A DNA stretch of 53,357 bases, counting the filler, from Catajapyx aquilonaris (Eukaryota), in assembly GCA_000934665.2 (NCBI GenBank). It is 3 parts of 3 records of this genome, joined end to end, with 100 filler letters (N's around TTAATTAATTAA, not from the genome) between each part and the next. Parts side by side here need not be neighbours in the genome. Positions count along the whole stretch, not along the records: positions 17,833 to 35,553 come from JYFJ02006880.1; positions 35,654 to 53,357 come from JYFJ02006881.1; 1 more part is not named here. One strand, given 5' to 3'. Shown here piece after piece: positions 33,595 to 43,408 of this stretch. The notes under the pieces are model-generated. The model ran no database searches, was not told the DNA's origin, and worked only from the letters and a program-made list of their open reading frames with translations. The position numbers and the translations under genes were made by a program. The first letter of the stretch is position 1. The number at the start of each line of letters is the position of its first letter.

Positions 33595-35553
33595 TGTGTT
33601 GCTTAAAATAAAAACGGAATGTGTTGTTGCTTCGTACATGACATTAACTATTCAGCGTGCGCACTGTATACATGTACTGTACTGGACACCTGATAACGGG
33701 GTATGAATTATTTAAAAATTATTATTACTGTACTGAACACACTGTCTGCTTCTTCTGCGCAAAGGGGTATCCCCAGACGATCCCTCTTGACCCCGAAACT
33801 GCTGACTTGGACCCAAACTTCACCAGAAACTTTCACGGCATACAGGCGTGCAGAGTTTCTTCTACAAGTCCACACCATCAGAGTGGGTCAGACAGAGCAA
33901 GAAGAGTACAACTCAGCCTTGTTCTATCGGGATCCGATATTTAAGGACCGAGAAATTAAACTTCTATTATACCGTTGATTTTTTCACAATGGCGGAAGGA
34001 GCTGTCTACGAGACAAAAGGGTCTGACGGACTCTCGTAGGTACTGGGAAACCTTCTGAATCATCATTGGTGATCACACATATTTCACTAGATGTTCTCTA
34101 CCTAAGCTAACCTGACCTACCTAACAAATGCCATTCCGGCTTTCCATTTTTAAGTAACTAACATGCGCCAACATGGTAGTGAGGCACAGCATGCTATACC
34201 TGCAGATTCCCTGATATAATCTTTTCAGGACAGCAGCGGTGTGTCCATCATGCAGGTGCTTGGTGATGTGCTGTACGGCCGCGGCCGTGCAGACATGTTT
34301 GACACGATTGTGAACAGCTACGCTCAAGAATGTCTTGGTAGTAGGTATAGAGAGTTAAACATTGCTTTTAATTTCGACTTTACTGAGGACTTGAGGCAGT
34401 GCGACAGTAGGGAAGCGGGGATGACTTGTGTCTGGGCATGTTTTCATCAGGCTTGACAAAATTAAATAGTTATATATGTTGCGTGTTGTAGTCCACATCG
34501 TTACGTGTTTGACGTCATTGCACGATACTTCACAGATGAACACGCACTGCCATTGGTTAACCATTGACATGACCGATTGACCGTGGACATGACACTTTTT
34601 GGGTTGGATAATAAAGGACGTGTAAAGGTCAAGCTCTCATTATTATTTACTACTGCATAATCATAAATCATAGCTGTAGAGAGTTGTGTAAATGTACGAC
34701 GTATAATCAAATGTGCACTTTCCAAAAAATGAGTTTAAATAGTAGCTCTGCAGTGCATTTTCATAAATACGCTGAAAATGGTAAAGTCATCCCTCTGATA
34801 CTTATGATACCGGTACCGTACGTTTAATTTCCAAACTGTACACATCAAGTGATCAACAAACACAGAATATAGTAGAATAGTTCTAGGAATACAATGCTCG
34901 ACTGTAACATAATAATATACATGCCTATGCTTGCTAATTTTACACATTCGCACATGAAAATCGAATAATTCTAAGACAGTACTGCACTGCAATGAAAGTA
35001 CTTGTTGTATTTTTAATGGCATATATTTTATCAATATTTATGCAAGTTTTGCTAAGGTGACTGACACTCACTGTGCAGTGGATCCAGTTGGTGCAAAATA
35101 ATGTTTTGGTATTAATGGGGGCTATAGAGAGAGGAAACTTGATTATGCGAGGGACACCATGTAAAGGTAATTCATAATAGAATAAATTCATTTACATCAG
35201 TTTGGCTACCGATAACGGCTCTCTTTCTATTTGCCTGAACTGGTCGCATGCCTCATGCTTGTTGCACAGTACATAAAATTCAGTATGTTCAGGGACCTTA
35301 AAGCAAAGAAGAATCACAAGCTTTCTGTGAATGTAGCTATTTCAAGCTGCTTCTGTCCTTGTCACTCTTCTCCAACGTATAGCTTCGTAGCTCCTGGAGA
35401 AGGAAGACATTTTTTTTCTTCTTCCTAGAACTGGGAGCAAATGATCAGTCCATTGCCTGCGAGGCACTTCCACATATTGGATATTTTGAAATAATGATTT
35501 TTTTCAAAAATGATTGTCCAGATTTTTGTAAGACAGTGGTATCTAGTTGTTTT

Positions 35554-35653
35554 NNNNNNNNNNNNNNNNNNNNNNNNNNNNNNNNNNNNNNNNNNNNTTA
35601 ATTAATTAANNNNNNNNNNNNNNNNNNNNNNNNNNNNNNNNNNNNNNNNNNNN
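35554..35653. other. Assembly gap (100 bp) with artificial TTAATTAATTAA linker
   Basis: Linker at 35598-35609 between N runs. Confidence 0.95.
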
Positions 35654-35751
35654 TTCAACTGTGGAGCATGCGCGTTTACACGTGCAACTTTGTTGCAGTG
35701 ACGTCATTCAACAAAGTTGCTTCAACTTTGTGGAACGTGTAAAGACGCCCT
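35654..35751. mobile_element. Right end of a PIF/Harbinger-type MITE, truncated by the gap
   Basis: Internal palindromic motifs (GCAACTTTGTTG / CAACAAAGTTGC); ends ...GTGTAAAGACGCCCT followed by TA-rich bases. Confidence 0.4.
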
Positions 35752-35986
35752 TATAAGACGGTGCGTGGGTCCGTTACAGGGTTGAACGGGCTCGAATGTG
35801 CAATGTGAGCTCGAATGTTCCGCGCCCTCTAATTCACATCCGGAACACGAGCAGACAACATCCCTTTGTCTATTTACAAAAGTCCCATTGATGAATAATC
35901 ACGTGGGTCGTGGAGGATAAATTAAAAGTGTTTGGGACAGGAAATGAGGCTGAAAGGAGAGACTAAATTTGACGTTAATTTTCACA

Positions 35987-36143
35987 GTTGGCAACACTGG
36001 TGTTTCCGTCAGGTGACTGGCAAGATGGCGGCGGCCTTCCGCTGGTGAGATACGAAAGGGGCTCCAATACTAGCTGCAGGGACATCTTTCCAAGGGATTC
36101 TGCCCAGGACGGACTCTCCCACTGGCATTGCACGTTACTACTT
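35987..36143 (+). promoter_or_regulatory. Probable promoter/first non-coding exon of LRR4, with YY1/Pho-type site
   Basis: GTTGGCAACACTG (35987-35999) and CAAGATGGCGGC (36021-36032, YY1 consensus); donor GTAAGT at 36144; next candidate UTR exon 36327-36408 (TTTCAG / GTAAGT). Confidence 0.5.
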
Positions 36144-37257
36144 GTAAGTTTGTACTGCGATTTTTTTACGAGTCTGGAATAACGTCACCTCTGCTTTGCG
36201 TGCCTGCTTTGCTGCCATTGTTATGGTGTGACGTGCTTATGAGATGTCATTCCAAACTTGGAAACAATTCAGAGTGAGGCGGATACACTTGCAGGACCCT
36301 TCTTGTGATACTCTTGTTGTTTTCAGCCGGATCAACTGAAGTGGTAGAGAAGAAATCGATATCCACGACTGGCATCATTCCTGTACAGACTGGGAAGATA
36401 CGTGACTGGTAAGTGTGCTACAACCACTATCTTTTATTTTATTTATTTTATTACCCCGATAACAGGGCGGAGCCTTTTTGGGGGGGGGTCTACAACCGCT
36501 ATCCTTAGGGAAAATTGTGTAGAAGAGTCGACCAATGGATTCAATAAAATCTATGTGTTGTGCTAGGTCAAATGCTTACTCGACACTTTGCGATAGAGAA
36601 GAGGGGGGACTGGCGAGTGATGTGGCAATGGAGGGGAGACTGCTAAACTGATAGGCTTGCTGCGTCCTGGCAGGGTGTGGCCTGAGACCCTAGCGTGGGG
36701 AAAGAGGGCAGGGGGACTTGAAAGCAGGCTGGCAGTATGGGAGCGATGAGCAATTGACAACAACCGATGATTAACAGGGTATTTTCCCCCCATACACTTT
36801 GGATGTATGAGGGCCATTGTGGGATGGTGTAAGGTGGTGGGCCTTGTCGCCAAGAGTTGAACATGTGAATGTTGTGGAGAGGCAGCTTATGTGACTGTGA
36901 ACTATGACCCAGGTTAGTCTATTGTTTTGAGTGCTTCAGGGGATATTTTCAGAGTCTACATGGTAGGCTACATGGGCTGGTCAGATCAGGTTAATGTGGT
37001 TTATAAGCAGCCATTTACGTGGCTACAGTGAAAGGCATTCATTTCCTGAGAAAAGGGTGAATTCAATCGCATTTGCCGCATATATTGAATTTCGTCTCAT
37101 TATAACGCTACATTTGGGCAGACCTTTGAAGAGCTTTATATCGAGGTTTTACTTTACATGCTTAATTTTTGGTGACTGGGTTTAGCCATGTTAAAAGAAA
37201 GATTAACTGGAGGGAAATTGCATCTTTGCATATAAATATTTTGACCCTGCTACATTA

Positions 37258-37479
37258 AGCCCAGTCCACATGAGAAAGTTTTCTTATGCAAGAGGAAACT
37301 CATAGGAGTTCACGAGAAAAATAGGACAATTTCAACTTTTCCTGTGGGGGAGTGAATCATCACGTGACCACCACCTGGCCAATAGCATCACACTTGGTCT
37401 AGGGGTTGGGAACTGGGAGGAAGGGAGGAAAACTTTGGAAGCCTCGTGCATGAGAGAACTCACTCATGTGGACTGAGAT
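37258..37479. mobile_element. PIF/Harbinger-type MITE
   Basis: TTA|AGCCCAGTCCACATGAG ... CTCATGTGGACTGAGAT|TTA; 3-bp TTA TSD. Confidence 0.75.
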
Positions 37480-38385
37480 TTACTCCTGTCTAGTGGCTCT
37501 GCCAGGCATTTTCCTTTTTTTTGGGGGGGGGGGGGGNACAAGCATAGCCAGCTGGTGCATACTCTAGGTTTGTGTGCGCCCCATTGTTGTGCATCTTGTG
37601 TGCCACTAGCCAATGAACTTCATAGTGGCTTTGCCAATCTGCCTTAAATTAATTGCAGGCCAAAGTGCAAAATCTTCGGGCTGTGTATCACTTGTCAGTG
37701 CCAGGATCTGACACTAGTGCATTCATTCTTCATCAGGTATTTCATTATGGCCTCCATTTAAAATACGGATTGGGAAAGAGAAAACAATGTTCTCTGGTCT
37801 GCATTGCTTAAGATTGAAATCAGTGATGCAGAACCACAATAAGTAGCCAGCTCCCTACTCTTGCATCTAGCTAAAATCATTGGGCAATTCAATGCCATGC
37901 CTGGCATGGCCACCAGACAGACAATAATGGTGTGGTCAACCCAGAGTCACACATATAACACCAACACAAATGGCTAGTACTGTAGTGTCTGAACAATGTG
38001 GCCCTAGAACAGCAGAAAGAGAAGAACCATCTCTGAACCAGCTTCAAATACTATGAACCTGTTTTTTTTAAATTCTACAGGGGATATTTTTGCTGTCTAC
38101 ATGGTTTGTGGGCAGGTGAGGTCACGTCACGTTAATGTCGTTTACAGGCAACCATCTACATGGCAACAGTGAAGGCATTGATTTCCCTGAGTAAATGATG
38201 AATTAAATTGCATTTCCCGCTTATAATGAACTCCTGCTTATTATGTTACTTTTGGTTGATCCCTTGAAATAATTTATTTATATCAAGGTTTTACTATACA
38301 TTGTGGGAAGATATTTTGCGTGACAGACTGTCATGTAATTATTGTCATAAATGTAGAGTGAACTATTTCATTTATCTTGTAGATC

Positions 38386-39864
38386 ATGCCAAGGAAAAAG
38401 CAGCCTCAAAGTCTCCGGTCCTCAAGCTTGCGTGCTTTGGCCAGATATATACTCAATTCATGCGAAAAGAGTTATGGAAGACAAGATGAAGTGATTCAAC
38501 ATTATGTCAAGGACATCCCAAATACATTTGCAAATGAATACGTGGATGAGGTTCTTCAGTTGAGTTCAAGAAGGAACTATTTCTTGGATGTTACTCGTGC
38601 TTTGCATCCGAAGTGTACAGAGATCAGCAAAAAGGGTGAAAGTGAATTTTTCTCTTGGCCTGACCAAATGTTAAGAGGTCTTTATGTCATGAGAGATCTG
38701 ATCAGTGTCGAACCTGTAATTGCTTTACGGTACGCCTGGAAAGGTACATTGCGATATTTTCCATTCCCCAGAATGATAAACCTGCGTTCGGTTAATGTTT
38801 CATTAGGTACTGGTACCAACCCACAGATCTTGCTACATATTACTGAGAACTGTCCACGCTTGGAGCATGTTGTCATTCATCTTGCCTCACAGGATGGTGC
38901 AATGCCATCCACATTGCCATGTCTCTCAAAGAGCAAGAAGCTGAAGAGAATTTTTGTTCCTTTCATCACCTCTGATGTAGCAATGCACCTGCTTGACCAT
39001 CTTCCCAATCTTGAAGTATTGCAGATGACATGTATCGGGGAAGTTATTCCATTGTGCAAACGTACTTATAAGTTGAAGGACTTTGTAGCTCAGCTGAAAG
39101 TCCGTGAAGATGAATCAGTGCAAAAGATTGTTACCCATTTTCCAAACCTTGAGAAGCTAGCCCTGGGCGCATTTGACAATGCACCTGTAAATATGATTAG
39201 TGAACTACCCAACCTGAAGAGCTTGGCACTATTTAATGGGGCATCTTCAAACCTTCTTTTCCTGAAGGACAAGAGCCTGTTTGGCCTGCACCAATTACAT
39301 TTGGAAGGTGTTACTGGCCTTGATTCTCTCTTCAGTCAAAACATGAATGTGTCATGCCCAAAACTTGAGTCTCTGACCATAACTATGTGCACTGGTATCA
39401 ATGTGGCAGGAATAATAGAGATTTTTCCTAATCTAAAGTTTCTTCAGCTGTTCGACGGCGAATTCGTGGCACATTCTCGTCCATGTAAAGTGACACATGC
39501 TGGATCCGAAGCACTGGAATATTTGGAAATGAAAAATGTGCCAACACAACAAATGAGGTATCTGATTCCCTTATGTAGCAAATTGAAGAGTCTTAAAGTC
39601 TGTATCACGTCTGTCAAATCATGTGTTCACGAACTTCTTTGTAATGCTAGCCTGAAGGAGTTGCGTACTCTTTATGTGGATGACAGCAGCATGAAAAGGG
39701 AAGTGATTCCCATCATTTTGGATTCATGTGGTGACTGTTTGGAAAGAGTTGATTTGCATAGTAGTGAGCTGATGCTTACACCCGACTATGTCCTGGAATT
39801 GTCCAACCAGCTTCGGAAATATGATATGACTTTCTGTATCAATGGTACTTCTGTCATAATATGA
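38386..39864 (+). CDS. LRR protein 4 (492 aa), divergent paralog with BC-box/Cul2-box-like N-terminus
   Basis: MPRKKQPQSLRSSSLRAL...IPNTFANEY; LRRs NCPRLEHVVI, LPNLEVLQM, FPNLEKLAL, SCPKLESLTI; TAG acceptor 3 nt before the ATG; AATAAA at 40144. Confidence 0.85.
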   Translation: MPRKKQPQSLRSSSLRALARYILNSCEKSYGRQDEVIQHYVKDIPNTFANEYVDEVLQLSSRRNYFLDVTRALHPKCTEISKKGESEFFSWPDQMLRGLYVMRDLISVEPVIALRYAWKGTLRYFPFPRMINLRSVNVSLGTGTNPQILLHITENCPRLEHVVIHLASQDGAMPSTLPCLSKSKKLKRIFVPFITSDVAMHLLDHLPNLEVLQMTCIGEVIPLCKRTYKLKDFVAQLKVREDESVQKIVTHFPNLEKLALGAFDNAPVNMISELPNLKSLALFNGASSNLLFLKDKSLFGLHQLHLEGVTGLDSLFSQNMNVSCPKLESLTITMCTGINVAGIIEIFPNLKFLQLFDGEFVAHSRPCKVTHAGSEALEYLEMKNVPTQQMRYLIPLCSKLKSLKVCITSVKSCVHELLCNASLKELRTLYVDDSSMKREVIPIILDSCGDCLERVDLHSSELMLTPDYVLELSNQLRKYDMTFCINGTSVII

Positions 39865-40475
39865 TGTTGATTTAAATGATGGCTAGTAACTTGAAAAAAA
39901 GTATCTGGATTGTAATAAGAGTTACAGCCACCATACAATGTAGTATGTTATTCGGTGTTCACATGTATTCTTTAAAAAATCAGGAGGTTGCTCTAGCTCT
40001 TGGAAACCTACTCAGTTCCTCTAGAACAATGTTTTGTTTCGGCAAGTGCAGGACAAGAAATAGTATTTAAATGAGTTATTCTGCAGGTAACTGACTATGT
40101 GCTATGTTCCGAAGTATTCCATGTTACCATGCCTATCAGATGAAATAAATGTCTGAAGAAGCAGATTCAATTGATTTGTAATAGACTGTTACCTTGCTAT
40201 GTTTGAGTTTGAAAGAATGTTGTTGTTGTACTGTTCCATTTTGTACATTCGTACTGTGAGGGTATTAAAGTGAACCATTTGGACTAAATGTTGTATAACA
40301 CTTGTTTTGTTCTCTGCAAAACTGTAAGAGGACATGGACTGACCTAGCCTGTGAAGGCCCTGCAACCTCTTCAGTCCTGACTTAATTCAAAATGCACACA
40401 GATACTGGGTCAATCCATGCCAGCAGCCAGAGGTCGATGAGGTCTGGCCATAGTAGGAACTGAATCACTTATGAG

Positions 40476-41080
40476 CAAAGAACGGATTTCTAGGTTCTAA
40501 AAAACCCGCCAATAGGTAGGCATTTAGGTCCTTAAAACAGTTAAAATAATCACTTAAATAGGGACTAAAAATCAAGCAGGTCCTCATTTATTTTCAGTCC
40601 CATGCAGCCTACTCTTGGCCATGTAATTTTGCAACACAGTAACAAATTAGCAGTTGTTCCATACTTTATTTTTTTTTATTATTATTTGTCGTGCTTGTGT
40701 GATTGTACAACTTTATACGCTGAAAATTACCTTTCGAATACACACAAAGCAACTGGATCATTCTTGAAAAGTTAAACGTCTTGTACACCCAGTTCATCCG
40801 TCATGTCTATAGGCTACAGCTCACAGGTTGAAGCTGGAGGGATGCGGATGGCTTGAACGGAAAACACGTAAAAACTTCAGAAAATATTACGAAAAGCCAT
40901 AAATAGGTGAAAATAGGTGCTAATAGGCCATTTAGGTCCCAACGTCTGAAATAGGCAATTTTGGGTTTTATAAAACTACGATTTTTGAGGTCCTTGTGTT
41001 ATGAAATGGATAGATATTTTGGTTCTGGTGTTCTGCCTACAAAATAAAAAGTAGGTAAAAACCTAGAAATCTGTTCTTTG
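40476..41080. mobile_element. Non-autonomous DNA transposon with 8-bp TSD (P-element or hAT type)
   Basis: TIRs CAAAGAACGGATTTCTAGGTT / AACCTAGAAATCTGTTCTTTG; exact TSD CTTATGAG at 40468-40475 and 41081-41088. Confidence 0.85.
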
Positions 41081-41881
41081 CTTATGAGTCAAACATTGAC
41101 ACAGACAGAAATCATTGATATCTGACCTCCCAGCGGAGGTGTCCTGCTGAGTGCTGATTTAGAGCAGGGCCGTCCAAGACCCGTAGTCACGATCCCACAT
41201 CTGCTGAGATGTGGGAGCGTGAGGGCAAGGAGCACAACCACAAGATGTGATCAGCTTCCTGCTTTCCCTTTCCACAGGGGTAGAGGCCACTGTCCTCAGA
41301 CTCTTCCCCTATTATGATGCCAAAATGTGCCAGATAAGCCCTGAAAGGCCACAAAGCATTCTGGCTACATGTCCATGTATGTGTCTGTTCATCGCAGTCA
41401 TTGGAAGGAAGCATAGTACCATTTCTCCCTATGTCTTGCCAGCAGTCCTGCCCGGTCCTGCCACTCTTGCTGGACCCAGCTAAGGACTCCCCTCTACTAT
41501 TTCTTCTTTACTTGAGCAAAATACCACCCACAACATTCAGGGGTATGATTGACCTTGAAATTGCATGTTGGGTCATATGTAAAATGCAAAAATATGCAGC
41601 AGAGGCAATCAGGCTCAAATGATTCTCAGAAACAACCTTAACACACTTTTTTTTGCCATGTGTAGGCCTAATAAATTGTAGCAATTATAATCCCATATGT
41701 TGATTAGTTTGAAGTAACATATTTTTGTAAATCATGATGGTATTTTGGCATGTGCTCAAAGTCTTCCATGGTCCATGTAGTGCAGGATGAAGCACCTGTA
41801 TCTCCTGGGCTGTTCAAAAAATTGTCTTAACATGTTTTGATACTTCTGGAAATTGTTAGCCTGGTGCATGGTCTTAGAATA

Positions 41882-42221
41882 AGTAAGGTCTGGACACTCC
41901 CCTCTTATTGCCTTTGGGGGAGCTGACCGGGTGGTTTGCGGCAGGTGGTCGCGAGAGTGCTTGTCTTCAGGCGCGAGACTGTGGCTACCCTACTGGACTC
42001 CTCCAAACTTACGTAGAAGAGGAATTCCATGACCTCTCACGGAAGGGTGTAGTAGTATATTTACTCTATGGCGCTCATGGAGCATGCAGCTCCTCTTCTA
42101 CATAAGTTCAGAGGAGTCCAGTAGGGTCGCCACAGGTCTCGCAAATACTCTCCCAATCACCTGCCGCAAACCACCCCGTCAACCCCCAAAGGCGATAAGA
42201 GGGGAGTGACCAGACCTTACT
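41882..42221. mobile_element. Palindromic MITE (340 bp)
   Basis: AGTAAGGTCTGGACACTCCCCTCTTA... pairs with ...TAAGAGGGGAGTGACCAGACCTTACT over ~140 bp; the same terminal motif recurs alone at 44685. Confidence 0.8.
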
Positions 42222-42222
42222 A

Positions 42223-42780
42223 CAGGGTGTCCACAATGAACGTCCCTAGTTTCAAAGAGCGATAAAAAATAGAAATGCAGAGGTATTTAAGGTCACGCGA
42301 TGATGGTTCACGATTTTCGGAACTCACTTGGTTATTCAACCCTGAGTATGTTTTCCTTAAGCAACAGGCAAACAACCTGTTATTGTTATTTTTTTCCCCA
42401 GCTATCTTCGGATTGACTTGCCCTGAGAGCAATATAAGAAATTGAGTGTCTCCTAAATGGATCATTTGCAATTTCATCTCGATCACTTCGGTTCTGCTAC
42501 ATTCCCAATACAACTCAAATGCCGCCCCAGAATGGCATGAATTTGAGTAAAAATAAAGTAGAATGTGATTTCATTTCAATAAATTTTATTGCAGTTTCAC
42601 TACACACACTGCTGTCGAATAGGGTGCCAGACTTTCCCCTCGGAACACGGAGATACGATGGTTCCGTACACTTTCTGACAGCATCCCAAATGATCGCTTG
42701 CCATTCTGATAAATCAAATTGTGATGATTGTTAATAATAATAAAATTAACATAGGATAGAAATAAAACTGGTCACACCTT
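42223..42780. mobile_element. Tc1/mariner-type end and degenerate body
   Basis: Begins TA|CAGGGTGTCCACAATGAACGTCCC; no partner TIR found, so the right boundary is approximate. Confidence 0.35.
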
Positions 42781-42787
42781 TCTTTGT

Positions 42788-43108
42788 AGTAAGGGAGATA
42801 GGGGTCGGTTGTAACACTTTTTAGTCTAGATTTTTTAATTCAGTTACATATGCATTTAGGCAAAGGTTTATGACATGGTGGAAAGAAGGCAACATTCCTC
42901 TTTGTAAAATTAACATGGTAAAATCTTAATTTTTATTAAAAATTGACAGATTTATAAATATTTTTCCAAGGCAAGGCAGAGTGTTACAACCAACCCCATC
43001 ACAGGGGTGGTTGTAACAGAGGGCGGGGTCGATTGTAACACTATGTCTTACGGGGAAAATGTAATATGGAATAACAATTTACACCCACTCATCTTCTAGG
43101 CAATTGTC
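42788..43108. repeat. Second copy (inverted) of the 11829-12146 dispersed repeat
   Basis: Reverse complement of 11829-12146 with GGGGTCGGTTGTAACAC motifs. Confidence 0.75.
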
Positions 43109-43408
43109 TATTCCGCCCTTTTGTAAGTGAGGAAGTCCTGAAATGGTTGTCCTCAAATAAAAGGGCCTCAAACCCCAAACAGAGCGTTGTCATATGTCAT
43201 GATGTCTGAGGCTTTCAGAGGACGCACGTTCGTCGGGCCCGTACCGTAATGCATGTGCCTCGTCCACTTTCTCCCGCCAGCGGCCCCAGGCCCCCAGCCC
43301 AAAGACCGTATATGCCCAGCCCCCACTGTTAGATGTAGTGCCCGGCCGGTAGGGGCGCTGCGTGTCAGAAAATCCGAATATGCACGAGCACGAGGCCGCA
43401 CAAAGGCG

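Larger units (their letters stand above)
27232..34890 (+). repeat. Tandem segmental duplication (~4.5-kb period) carrying the two plus-strand GR genes
   Basis: ~27232-30470 aligns with ~31780-34890 (offset 4481 in the CDS); flanks differ by indels and copy-specific insertions. Confidence 0.9.
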
